Virus record (IMG/VR): IMGVR_UViG_3300049744_000068
Coordinates: 4,975 to 68,974 of that record
Source: a virus
Lineage: Duplodnaviria > Caudoviricetes
DNA length: 64,000 bases
Direction: 5' to 3' (one strand)
Shown here in pieces: positions 45,154-53,980 of this stretch; positions within the stretch are counted from its first letter, which is position 1; each line of letters opens with the position of its first letter. The position numbers were made by a program, and so were the translations under genes. The notes beneath the pieces were generated by a model. The model was given only the letters and a program-made list of their open reading frames with translations. It searched no databases and was not told where the DNA came from.

Positions 45154-45537
45154 TTAAGTGACTTTACCCGCCTTGAATGACCGCCCATTTGACGCCCCCT
45201 CGCAAGTCCCGATGGCTGCGGGAGTCCGTCGACATTCTGTCACCGGCGCCGATTGCAGGGCTGCGACGGCTCGCATGATACGGGCCTGCACTGGGGTGCG
45301 CTGCTCAAACTCGTCCGGCGACATATCGTACTCGGACCATATTGGAATGCACGCTAGGCAGGCATCGCGCAATTCGGTCAACTGCCGAAGCAGGGCGAGG
45401 GCTTCATCGCGGTCGCTGTCCCATGTCGACGGGCACTCGATATTGCTGTCAACTATCTCGCGGAATGCCAGTTCATCGAACTCGCGCAACGCACGACGTT
45501 TCCGTATCGCTTCGACAAGTTGTGCTGGGGTCGTCAT
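45154..45537 (-). CDS. Hypothetical protein
   Basis: Coupled chain of small leftward genes. Confidence 0.55.
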   Translation of the reverse strand: MTTPAQLVEAIRKRRALREFDELAFREIVDSNIECPSTWDSDRDEALALLRQLTELRDACLACIPIWSEYDMSPDEFEQRTPVQARIMRAVAALQSAPVTECRRTPAAIGTCEGASNGRSFKAGKVT

Positions 45538-45761
45538 GGCGGGTACCCTGCCGAAAGCATCCGATCGGCGATCCGCTTGGCATCTCTCAGCGTCGGTGCC
45601 GTCGTGTTGAACAGCGGACGTATCTCCGGGATTTTCAAAACGTCCCAGAGACGCCAACGCTTTCGGCTTTTCTGGATTCGCAACGGGCCCTTAGAATACA
45701 TGACTCGACCGCAACCACCGAAGCGAATCCAGCCATCTTTCATTAACTTCATTGGTGGCAT
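45534..45761 (-). CDS. Small hypothetical protein
   Basis: Coupled chain. Confidence 0.55.
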   Translation of the reverse strand: MPPMKLMKDGWIRFGGCGRVMYSKGPLRIQKSRKRWRLWDVLKIPEIRPLFNTTAPTLRDAKRIADRMLSAGYPP

Positions 45762-46177
45762 TTGGTCTCCAACTCCGCAATCCGCTCCCGTGCCTGACTC
45801 AGCTCTACAACAATCGCCCGCACAACACCAGGCACCATGTGAGGCAGCACCTGTGACTCAATGCCGGACTGATGTAGTACCTCGATGGTGGCAACGGTCA
45901 CCACGCGAAGTTCCTCTAGGCGCCCTTTGGTCTCGGCAAGCTCCAGCCTCAATCGCGTCGTCTCGTTCTGCGCGGCTCGACATTTCTCTGACAACTCATC
46001 CCGCTCCCGCTCAACGGAGGCGAGTTTGGTGGCGGCGAAGCGGTTGAGCGCGTCTAGCTGCTCAAAGCATAGGCTGGCATCTTCATCGACATTGCCGCCC
46101 ATCTTTTCCTGCAACTCACAAATTACGGTCAATGTCTGAGCAGCCGTTGTTAGTGGCGCCTTCGTTTCCTCACTCAC
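45749..46177 (-). CDS. Coiled-coil hypothetical protein
   Basis: GTGA coupling. Confidence 0.55.
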   Translation of the reverse strand: MSEETKAPLTTAAQTLTVICELQEKMGGNVDEDASLCFEQLDALNRFAATKLASVERERDELSEKCRAAQNETTRLRLELAETKGRLEELRVVTVATIEVLHQSGIESQVLPHMVPGVVRAIVVELSQARERIAELETKCHQ

Positions 46178-46389
46178 GGCTTCAACTCCACTAGCTCGAA
46201 ATCTGCGCACTCGCTAGCCGTCAACAGTTTTAGTCTGAACTCGTTCTGGCTGTCATGGTCGAACCCCCAGTGACCCTTGACGCATTCGGTTGACACGTCG
46301 CTTCCTGGTGTAAGATGGCTGTATCCTTGCTCGCCGCCGTCCCAGTTCCAATGTTTGCACATGATGCAGGTTCTGTTTGATTCACTCAC
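46174..46389 (-). CDS. Small Cys-containing protein
   Basis: CIMCKHW...C...C. Confidence 0.55.
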   Translation of the reverse strand: MSESNRTCIMCKHWNWDGGEQGYSHLTPGSDVSTECVKGHWGFDHDSQNEFRLKLLTASECADFELVELKP

Positions 46390-46714
46390 GGCTTCCTCCT
46401 TGCGCTTCGAGGGTGCGGATGCGCTGCTCAAGCTCTGCAATTCGTTTGACGCCATGAACGGCAGCCTTGGATATCTCGTTGTAATCGTTGCATGTAGCAA
46501 TGTCAGTAAGCCCAATTACGACGCTCTCCCACTGTTTGGTGCATCGCGCATCGCGCAATCGTTCACACTCATCCAGGAGAGCGACGATATTTGGAAGGCG
46601 CCCAGCGGCCCATATTGCAAGGCAATCAGAGCCTCCCCCGGCATCTCTGAGCCTTGATAATTCGACGCCGCGGTCTAACTGCTCCCGCGTCAACGCCTTG
46701 GCTTCACTTGGCAT
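46382..46714 (-). CDS. Hypothetical protein
   Basis: GGAGG SD; coupled chain. Confidence 0.55.
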   Translation of the reverse strand: MPSEAKALTREQLDRGVELSRLRDAGGGSDCLAIWAAGRLPNIVALLDECERLRDARCTKQWESVVIGLTDIATCNDYNEISKAAVHGVKRIAELEQRIRTLEAQGGSRE

Positions 46715-46949
46715 AAAACACCTCCGATGGTTCTACGGTTTGGCCACAGTCATCGCAAACATCGTGCGAGGCGTGCTGGCGATGTACGCTTGAGTAGTGG
46801 TGCAGAATTGGACCCGGAACCCAGATCACAGAACCCCATGGGCCCTCCTCACTATGCCCTGAATCATAGTTGAATTCCGTAACGTGCTCCTTGGTAACTA
46901 AGACCCTAGAGCGACTGGTTAGCGGGTGCGCGCAGGCTTCATTTGGCAT
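46704..46949 (-). CDS. Small hypothetical protein
   Basis: Fills gap in leftward chain; CDDC motif. Confidence 0.45.
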   Translation of the reverse strand: MPNEACAHPLTSRSRVLVTKEHVTEFNYDSGHSEEGPWGSVIWVPGPILHHYSSVHRQHASHDVCDDCGQTVEPSEVFYAK

Positions 46950-47121
46950 GGGGTCTCGCTTTCTTGGCTACTGGTTTGCCGCTCGCGCGGTTGCGCTTTC
47001 GGTATTCTCGGATGAGCGCCACAACCGTTTCGTAGTCGTCGCGCGTCGGCCTCATACCCCAGTTCATTCGATGCAACACCGCAGAGCGCCTTACGGAGCT
47101 TAGTGCTGGATCTGGTTTCAT
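46939..47121 (-). CDS. Small basic protein
   Basis: ATGA coupling. Confidence 0.5.
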   Translation of the reverse strand: MKPDPALSSVRRSAVLHRMNWGMRPTRDDYETVVALIREYRKRNRASGKPVAKKARPHAK

Positions 47122-47306
47122 CGTTTCCCCCGCTTCCCGCATCGTGGTTTGGGTTGCTTGGTGACGAGTGTGTATTCGTCCCAGCCAGTGAACGGTGTGG
47201 TTGACGCGCAGAACACCTTCACGTCGAAGTACGGCGGAATGCTGGCCTCGGTAATAGGCGAGCCCAGATTGAGCCACAGACGCAGGGGCTTCGGAGCCTT
47301 CGCCAT
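47118..47306 (-). CDS. Small hypothetical protein
   Basis: TAATG coupling. Confidence 0.5.
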   Translation of the reverse strand: MAKAPKPLRLWLNLGSPITEASIPPYFDVKVFCASTTPFTGWDEYTLVTKQPKPRCGKRGKR

Positions 47307-47524
47307 TACTCTGGCCTCCTGCGCAGCGGTTTCTTCAGACCGTGCGCCTTCGCGATCAGTCCCATGACGTTCTCCGAGAACTCCCAGTAGATGTCGCTTT
47401 CATCTGTTGAGTACAGGCGCAGACCGGTCGTGTCGCGGTAGCACTTGTATGCGTGTGCCAGGATTGAATCAGCCAGCGACCGACGCTGCTTGTCGGTCAG
47501 TACCTGTTTGCGAGCCTTCGCCAT
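47306..47524 (-). CDS. Small hypothetical protein
   Basis: AAGG SD; coupled. Confidence 0.5.
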   Translation of the reverse strand: MAKARKQVLTDKQRRSLADSILAHAYKCYRDTTGLRLYSTDESDIYWEFSENVMGLIAKAHGLKKPLRRRPE

Positions 47525-47537
47525 TACGGGGTGCCTT

Positions 47538-47909
47538 TCATAGATCCTCACCCTGCCCGTACTTCGGGTTCTCTCTTAGTTTGTCCAGTGCGCTGTAGGT
47601 TCCGTTGTCGTGGTCAGGGTCGAAACCGTCCTCCATCAGAATGATCTTACTATTGAAATCGTGCTCACCAACGGCGTCTTCGATTTGGTGTGTCAGTGAC
47701 TCGATGATGCTTTCAAACTTCCGCAATGCAGCGCCCTGAACATCCAGCGCAAACTCCCAGAGCAGCATCGATCGCTGGTCCTTCGTCATCTTCGGATCCA
47801 GAATCTGAGACACAATCTCGTTGATCAGGTCGTGGATGGCCTCGCGCGGGTTACGGAGCGGTGGTAGCATTGGTGGCTCACCGCCGCCCTGGATAGACTT
47901 CAGGGTCAC
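47538..47909 (-). CDS. Hypothetical protein
   Basis: GGAGG SD; GTGA coupling. Confidence 0.55.
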   Translation of the reverse strand: MTLKSIQGGGEPPMLPPLRNPREAIHDLINEIVSQILDPKMTKDQRSMLLWEFALDVQGAALRKFESIIESLTHQIEDAVGEHDFNSKIILMEDGFDPDHDNGTYSALDKLRENPKYGQGEDL

Positions 47910-48226
47910 AACCACCTCCAAACCCCATCGTCGCACCGGTGGTATTCGGCGGGACAACACTGGCACCGCGTCGGCTCGTGCTCGCGAATACTGGATGGCA
48001 TCAACTCATGTGAACCATATAGCGCAATCAGCTGGCACGTCCCAATCGCGGCCATTCGCTCGCAGAATTCGATGGCTTGACTGAGAGCATCGGCAAGACG
48101 CATGTTACAATCACTTCGGAAGGCAACGAAGAATTCGTAAGCCTCTTGGCTGGGCGCCCAGAGAAACAATCCTAGGCAGTCCCCGGGGCAGCGCTTCAAC
48201 TCCTCGGCAATCGCTGCGTAGTTCAT
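47906..48226 (-). CDS. Cys-rich protein, paralogue A
   Basis: Near-identical N-terminal 60 aa to 51982..52293. Confidence 0.75.
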   Translation of the reverse strand: MNYAAIAEELKRCPGDCLGLFLWAPSQEAYEFFVAFRSDCNMRLADALSQAIEFCERMAAIGTCQLIALYGSHELMPSSIREHEPTRCQCCPAEYHRCDDGVWRWL

Positions 48227-48468
48227 GGCCGCACCTGCAGCGCAGCCAGTCCGCTCTTCGTGATTCGATACAGGTATGAGGCGCGCAACCAACCGCCGCG
48301 CACCTTGCGCTCAACGAGCCCACGAGCAACAAGCCGACCAAGAGTAGCCGAGTGGTGAGAGGCATCGCGCCCGCCAACAAACATTGGAGTAAGCCATCCG
48401 CGCCACTTCGGCACCATGATTCGCGCCGACCTGAGCGCCTCCAGGCACTCGCGCTCCTTGTCGGTCAC
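48223..48468 (-). CDS. Small winged-helix-like protein
   Basis: HSATLGRLVARGLVERK...YRIT..G. Confidence 0.55.
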   Translation of the reverse strand: MTDKERECLEALRSARIMVPKWRGWLTPMFVGGRDASHHSATLGRLVARGLVERKVRGGWLRASYLYRITKSGLAALQVRP

Positions 48469-49295
48469 GCCTTCACCGCCCATTCTCTGAGCACGTTGTC
48501 GTAGGCCTCGGGTGCGTGGATGCGGTCGGTTCGTAGCCATACCTGCATTGCGTCACCATTGCGACGAAAGTGAATGCAATGCTGCTCGCGTGGCGCTGGC
48601 TCAAGTCTCAGGTACTCCAACCCCGCCCGCTCACATGCCGCACGGGCCAGGGATTCTGCGGGGTCTACGTTGAGCAGATTTGTCAGATCAATCCACGCCG
48701 CCTTCCAATTGTTACACGGACGACCGTAACGGGCTTCAATCTCTCTAGCCTTCCCCGCAATCTCCGCCCGCGTCCTTTCGTCTTGGTCGCGGCGGATGGT
48801 TTGCTCGTTGGGTATCTGTTGCAAAAGATTCAGCCAGTCCGGGATGTTCCTGTCACTCGGATACCCGAGGGCTCGGCCTAGCTGTTCTTGGTACTCGATA
48901 CGCAACTCCATCTCGCACTTCTCGCGCTCGTCGGCACGGATGGTTTGCTCGTTCAACGAAAGTTCTTGCACTTCAGGTGGCAGCTTCGCTTCGGGGCTTA
49001 CGGCGGGGGCGTCGGTAAGTATGAATTCAGCAAGGTCGATGCAGTAGCTGATTGATATCCAGTTGCCAGTATTTCGGCTGTACGCATCACGTTCTTTTTT
49101 CAGCGCCGCAATCAAATACGCCTTCCCGCCCACCGCTCCCGGCTGGGGTGGGGTGTAGTCGGAGGGGACGCGCTGGAAGAGGCGGCCAAATGTGTCGGCG
49201 TGTAACTCATGCTCCGGGCCTTTGATACGAACGCTCAGCCCGTTCTGCTCGCACTCGTACACCCCGGGCTTGGGGATTGCGCGGAAGGTGGTCAT
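48465..49295 (-). CDS. Hypothetical protein with short internal repeat
   Basis: NEQTIR occurs twice. Confidence 0.6.
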   Translation of the reverse strand: MTTFRAIPKPGVYECEQNGLSVRIKGPEHELHADTFGRLFQRVPSDYTPPQPGAVGGKAYLIAALKKERDAYSRNTGNWISISYCIDLAEFILTDAPAVSPEAKLPPEVQELSLNEQTIRADEREKCEMELRIEYQEQLGRALGYPSDRNIPDWLNLLQQIPNEQTIRRDQDERTRAEIAGKAREIEARYGRPCNNWKAAWIDLTNLLNVDPAESLARAACERAGLEYLRLEPAPREQHCIHFRRNGDAMQVWLRTDRIHAPEAYDNVLREWAVKA

Positions 49296-49498
49296 CGGTG
49301 CAACTCCAGCTTCATCAGCGGTTCGCCGCTGCTGTGAGTGGCGTGGGTAATCTGAACGATGCGCAGCCACTTCCCTGAGGTTGCCTCGATGGTCTCCCCA
49401 AGGTTCGGTGCTCTCGCGGCCACCCGTGGCCACTCCTCGCGCTTGTACTCGTCGAGGTTCGTGCGGCACTCGATGCGCACGGCGGTGAGCGGAATCAC
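49292..49498 (-). CDS. Small hypothetical protein
   Basis: GTGA/ATGA coupling. Confidence 0.55.
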   Translation of the reverse strand: MIPLTAVRIECRTNLDEYKREEWPRVAARAPNLGETIEATSGKWLRIVQITHATHSSGEPLMKLELHR

Positions 49499-50109
49499 AG
49501 CTGTTCCCCATCCGGCAAAAGGTCCACCGTGAACAATCCCGATACAGTGACACGCAGCCTCAAGCCAAGACGTTGAAACGTCACCTTGGTGCGCTTACTC
49601 TCTTCGCCGTCAATACCGTAGCCCCTGCAGAAGGCATCCGAGTCGCCATCGAATCCGCACCCACCTTCGGAAGTAGTGGAGTCGTCGCCCTTGCGTGGCA
49701 CTCTGAAGTGAATGTTGAACGGTGTCTTGCTGCCCGGCCTGTCCGCCACAATCTCGACGCGCGCACCACCGACAACAAGCTTCCCGCCAACGATTGCGTC
49801 GCTGTCCTCGCCCACCCACTTGCCGACGAGCGACGGGTAGTCCTCCGGCTTGACCGTCTGCCAGGTTGGTGGCGCCGGTTCGGGGTTGCCTGCGTCCGAC
49901 GCCTGGCGGTGCATTCTTGCGAACTGCTCGACCATCTCGGGTGGCACTTGCAAGGGGGCCGCGCTGGCACTCGGTTGCGCCTCGGCGCTCAGCGTGACCG
50001 TGTTGCGCTCGGTTGGCTTCATCGCCTCGCGGCCAAGCAGGAAGATTAGGGTGAAGATCAGCACGGATAGGATGATCCAGAGGCCTCGGTTTTTGTTGGT
50101 TGGGTTCAT
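49495..50109 (-). CDS. Membrane-anchored protein
   Basis: N-terminal TM GLWIILSVLIFTLIFLL, Pro/Ala linker. Confidence 0.65.
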   Translation of the reverse strand: MNPTNKNRGLWIILSVLIFTLIFLLGREAMKPTERNTVTLSAEAQPSASAAPLQVPPEMVEQFARMHRQASDAGNPEPAPPTWQTVKPEDYPSLVGKWVGEDSDAIVGGKLVVGGARVEIVADRPGSKTPFNIHFRVPRKGDDSTTSEGGCGFDGDSDAFCRGYGIDGEESKRTKVTFQRLGLRLRVTVSGLFTVDLLPDGEQL

Positions 50110-50119
50110 GGGGTTCCTT

Positions 50120-50404
50120 TCAATCAGCGAACATTCGCTTGGTGGTTCTGCGGGTGACGCGCCCGGGGCGCTTCGGTGCGCACTTCGGGCACGCATACTT
50201 GAGCAGGTCGCGGTCAGGGGTGCGCTCGGCGGCGCGCAGGCGTGTGCCGATGATCTTGATCCGCGTTCCGCACACGACGTGTTCGGCGTTCCAGATCGTA
50301 CCGTTGCCATGCTCGGCGATGTCGACCACCCGGAAGCCGAGGATCGTTCTGCCGGTCATGTCGATCTGGCCGACTCTGAAACGCTGTGGATCGCCGCGTT
50401 TCAT
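50120..50404 (-). CDS. Small Cys-containing hypothetical protein
   Basis: CG...CPKC. Confidence 0.5.
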   Translation of the reverse strand: MKRGDPQRFRVGQIDMTGRTILGFRVVDIAEHGNGTIWNAEHVVCGTRIKIIGTRLRAAERTPDRDLLKYACPKCAPKRPGRVTRRTTKRMFAD

Positions 50405-51048
50405 GCTGGCACCTTCAGCTGCAATTCGATCAAATCGTTATTGAGGCTGCGCACCCGTGCGCGTTCCTTGGCCAGCAGAGTAGTTAGCTGACTGACCTGT
50501 CTCCGGGCGCTCCTCAGCTCCTCGGAAATGTCAGGCACCTCGACGAGCAGCTTGCCCGGTATGCCCCGAGTCAGCGCCGTTGCGTGCTGGAGCCCCGTGG
50601 GCAGCTTGCCGCGGAACCCACCAGCCACGCGCCGCAGCTCGGAGATGAGCAGCAGCACTTCCTCGATTCCTGACCATTCGTCGAAGCGCTCCGCTGGTCT
50701 CTGGGTCGTCACTCGTGTGCCAACACCGGCGACAGACAGGTATCCAAAGCGCGGCTTGGGCGTGGATCCGTGGAGCAATGGCTGCACCAGCGTGGGCGGC
50801 GTCAGGTAGTAGCGCAGCTGCCCAACCAGGCGGTGTTCTTGGTGACTTCGCTTGTGCTGGTCTCTCAGGTAGTCCTCGACGGACACCTTGCACTCGACGC
50901 TAATCGACGTCCCGTCGTTGCGCCAGCCGATGGCGTCTGGGATTTGGCAGCCGTGCAAGGCGCCACACTCCGCCAGAATGACGACGCAACGCTGGCGTCC
51001 AAGCCAACGGGCAGCGCTCACAACCAGGTCGGCGTGGGTCAGCGTCAC
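50401..51048 (-). CDS. PD-(D/E)XK nuclease-fold protein
   Basis: IPDAIGW...VECKVS..DY..D...RYYLTP. Confidence 0.7.
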   Translation of the reverse strand: MTLTHADLVVSAARWLGRQRCVVILAECGALHGCQIPDAIGWRNDGTSISVECKVSVEDYLRDQHKRSHQEHRLVGQLRYYLTPPTLVQPLLHGSTPKPRFGYLSVAGVGTRVTTQRPAERFDEWSGIEEVLLLISELRRVAGGFRGKLPTGLQHATALTRGIPGKLLVEVPDISEELRSARRQVSQLTTLLAKERARVRSLNNDLIELQLKVPA

Positions 51049-51563
51049 GGCTGAAGCATCCCCACAATCTCGCGCATCTTGCGCGCCCGCTTGAACCTCT
51101 CCGGACTCGCCCAGCACTGGCCACCCAAGTGATACGCGCTGAACATCGCGGGCCCGAAGTTCTTGCGGTAGTGCTGCTTCAAACACCGATTCGCCGCCCA
51201 GACGAGCGTGGCGGTTCCAACTCGAATGCACTTGATCGTGCTCTCCAGGTCGGTGCCCGCCAGCTCATCCAAGCTCCCGGCGTAACGGTCCCAAAAACCG
51301 TTCGTCCGGTGGACTTGCATGAGGCACACCTCGCCAGCCGGGCCGCGAATGGTGCCGTCGTGGACGCCGCGCAGCATATTGGACTCGAAGTCGATGATCG
51401 TCAGTTGAGCGGCTGCGAGCGTGACCGGTGAGTCGGGCCACTGGGGCAGGAACTCGGCATGAACTTGGGCCAGCGCCTTGGCGGTTGTCTCGTAGCGCTC
51501 GTGCTCCGACGCGGGGGCGGGCATCAGGGCGAGCAACGTGGCAAAGATCAGGGCGGTGGTCAT
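51045..51563 (-). CDS. Secreted lytic transglycosylase (SLT)-like protein
   Basis: Signal peptide; FES catalytic Glu; GEVCLMQV (cf. GLMQ); AYHLG (cf. AYNxG). Confidence 0.65.
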   Translation of the reverse strand: MTTALIFATLLALMPAPASEHERYETTAKALAQVHAEFLPQWPDSPVTLAAAQLTIIDFESNMLRGVHDGTIRGPAGEVCLMQVHRTNGFWDRYAGSLDELAGTDLESTIKCIRVGTATLVWAANRCLKQHYRKNFGPAMFSAYHLGGQCWASPERFKRARKMREIVGMLQP

Positions 51564-51985
51564 ATCGACACGACCTCTCCGCCGATGCCGTAGCGCCTCG
51601 CCTGCCTGATGAAATCTTGTGTGCCACGGGATCCTGGCGCAGGGAACGCCCGGTACTGCACGTCGTGCCCGTAGTCTTTGAGCGTCAACCCAAACACAGC
51701 CATGTCCTCATTTCGCCTAGGCCCCGCGGCTCTCATTTGGCCCATCTGATCAAAAGCGGTCCACTTCGCCGGAAACGGAACGATGCAGACACCACAACGT
51801 CCGACTGCGTAGCGGTGGCACAAGCCATCCACGCCTGTGAGTTTGTTTTCGTCGAACACCCCATCACAGCCGCATGCACCATGGATCAGCATAGCGAACT
51901 CCAATGGGATCAATTCGTTGCGCACCTTGGTGACTTGCTCTGGCGTGAGTGACACGCGCGAACCAGAGACGATCAACACGTTCAT
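51560..51985 (-). CDS. YspA/DUF2493 SLOG-family protein
   Basis: VSGSR, IHGAC, FPAKW, AGPRRN, AFP...SRGT. Confidence 0.8.
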   Translation of the reverse strand: MNVLIVSGSRVSLTPEQVTKVRNELIPLEFAMLIHGACGCDGVFDENKLTGVDGLCHRYAVGRCGVCIVPFPAKWTAFDQMGQMRAAGPRRNEDMAVFGLTLKDYGHDVQYRAFPAPGSRGTQDFIRQARRYGIGGEVVSI

Positions 51986-52293
51986 ACCCACTGGCCTCCG
52001 TGGTATTCGGCGGGGCATTTCGCGCACGGATCGCCGTCCATTCGAACGAGGCCGCTCTGACCGTGGGTGCCGTATGTGTTGTGCTGCCAGCACCCATCAA
52101 TCGCGGCCATGCGCTCGCAGAATTCGATGGCCTCACTGAGTGCATCAGCAATCCGCATGTCACTGCCACTGCGGAACGCGACGAATAGTTCGTACGTCTC
52201 TTGGCTGGGTACCCAGCGGAACAAGCCGAGGCAGTCACCTGGGCATGTGCGCAACTCAGCGGCGATGGTGGTGTAGTTGACGGTGGGGGTCAT
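51982..52293 (-). CDS. Cys-rich protein, paralogue B
   Basis: Paralogue of 47906..48226. Confidence 0.75.
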   Translation of the reverse strand: MTPTVNYTTIAAELRTCPGDCLGLFRWVPSQETYELFVAFRSGSDMRIADALSEAIEFCERMAAIDGCWQHNTYGTHGQSGLVRMDGDPCAKCPAEYHGGQWV

Positions 52294-52556
52294 CCCTGAA
52301 GCTCCTGCACACGCTCACGAAGCGTAAGCACCTCGGGATCACGCTTGCTGTGCTCCGGTTGCAGGTCCCTGCCGCGCTCGCGTTCTACCTGCTCCAGTGG
52401 TTTTCCGGTGTGCGCTGCTTCAGCTTTGCACAGCAGATAGAACGCCTGTGTGCCGGGTCCGATGTAGTAGCCGAGATCGGGATCCGTCTGTGAGCGATCG
52501 AGAACGTACTTGACCGCTTCGTAGAGACCCTCTGTCGCTGGAGCGGTGGCAGCCAT
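52290..52556 (-). CDS. Hypothetical protein
   Basis: Coupled chain. Confidence 0.6.
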   Translation of the reverse strand: MAATAPATEGLYEAVKYVLDRSQTDPDLGYYIGPGTQAFYLLCKAEAAHTGKPLEQVERERGRDLQPEHSKRDPEVLTLRERVQELQG

Positions 52557-52982
52557 TCACCCCACCCCTTCTGTCGTCCCGCTCGGCAGCAGCATCCTCG
52601 GCTTGTCACCCTGCGTCGCTGCCCTGAATTGCTCCGCCAGCTTGCTCTGCGTCTCCGCGTCCTGTTGCGCCAGCTTCAAGTCCAATGCTTCGTTGTGCAT
52701 CCTGACCATTTCCTCCTGCCTGGAGACGTGATCGGCGTTCTCTTTTCGGCAGGCAGCATGCACCCCGTCTAGCAACTTCACGGCCCTCTCGTGGTGCTCC
52801 CGGCAGTAGTGGGGGCGCTCTTCAAATCCTTCTGGTGTCGTCACCTGGTAGCGAGGCGGCAACGAATGCAACTGGCGCGTGAGGCTCCAGCGGTCCAGCC
52901 ACGGGATTGAGCTGCGGGGCTTGCAGTGGGTTGCCTGATTGGGGCAACTCTGGACCGCGCAGAGCAAGGCGTTTTCGTTCAC
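52557..52982 (-). CDS. Cys/His-containing coiled-coil protein
   Basis: CAVQSC...YCREHH. Confidence 0.55.
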   Translation of the reverse strand: MNENALLCAVQSCPNQATHCKPRSSIPWLDRWSLTRQLHSLPPRYQVTTPEGFEERPHYCREHHERAVKLLDGVHAACRKENADHVSRQEEMVRMHNEALDLKLAQQDAETQSKLAEQFRAATQGDKPRMLLPSGTTEGVG

Positions 52983-53161
52983 GCCTGGCCCACTTTCGGA
53001 TCGGGTGGCGGGGCGTCGAAGATCACGACGGCGATACCCGTGGGCGTTGGTTCGCACTTGTAAGCGGTCTGGGTTGAGACGCCCAAACCCTTCGCCGCTT
53101 CCTGTGCAACCAGCTCGTTGACTTGCTCGGTCGTGTAGTGCGTGACCTTGTGGACTTTCAT
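52979..53161 (-). CDS. Small hypothetical protein
   Basis: GGAG SD; coupled. Confidence 0.5.
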   Translation of the reverse strand: MKVHKVTHYTTEQVNELVAQEAAKGLGVSTQTAYKCEPTPTGIAVVIFDAPPPDPKVGQA

Positions 53162-53769
53162 CGGGTCTCCTTGGTTGGTTGCTCTTGGTACGGGACGCTT
53201 TCGCGCAGCGCCTTCAGCCAGTCGTTTCGGCCGTTGGTGCGGGCGATTTCCTCGGTGTTCTGGGTGACACTCCGCTCCGCTCTGTTGTGTGCCTCGGTGA
53301 GCTTGAATCGCAACCAATCGGGACCGCCGCGCTTGACCGGAGGCGGGCTCACGTAGTCACTGACGCTCAGGTCCAGCTGCTCAAGCATGAACCGCTTCAG
53401 GCCCTCGTGTTCACTGGTTGGCGGTTGCCAGTCCGCGACCTTTGATCGCATCGCCAGAAAACGCGCGTTGTTGGTCGTGGTCTTGAGGTTGTAGGCTTCC
53501 GATCTGGCCAGCTCCCTGGCGTACTCTTCGGCCGCTTCTGTCTCTGCTTGTTCTGGCGTCAGAGCGGATAGTCTCACGATCTCGGATTTAGCTTCCGACG
53601 CCCACTTGGCGTACGTGTCACTGGGCTGAAACTCGTCCGGTATTGGCGCGCCGCTTGGCTCGTCTCGCATCAGTATTAGGGCCCCAAACGCGCGGGCACA
53701 CGACCAAACGAACTGCTCGAAGGTGTAGCTTTCGTGTTCCTCTATTGGGTAGGTGTATCCGGTTGGCAT
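53158..53769 (-). CDS. Phage hypothetical protein
   Basis: AAGGAGG SD; MPTGYT...CARAFGA..WQPPT.EH.GLK.FM. Confidence 0.75.
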   Translation of the reverse strand: MPTGYTYPIEEHESYTFEQFVWSCARAFGALILMRDEPSGAPIPDEFQPSDTYAKWASEAKSEIVRLSALTPEQAETEAAEEYARELARSEAYNLKTTTNNARFLAMRSKVADWQPPTSEHEGLKRFMLEQLDLSVSDYVSPPPVKRGGPDWLRFKLTEAHNRAERSVTQNTEEIARTNGRNDWLKALRESVPYQEQPTKETR

Positions 53770-53980
53770 TTTCCTCCTTCAGCTAATCAATTGCTCAGTT
53801 GCGCGCTTGTCGTTGGTGGTCAGGTTCTTGGTGTGAGGCGGTTGCTACTTGTTCGCGTGCTGGCTTTGGAGAGGACCACCCGCAGCGCATGACCCGGTGG
53901 CAGTCCCGGGTCGTTGATCCGCACGTCGCCTTCACGGACGACTAGGTCGATGCGGCCAGCTGTGATGGTGGTGGGGTCGG

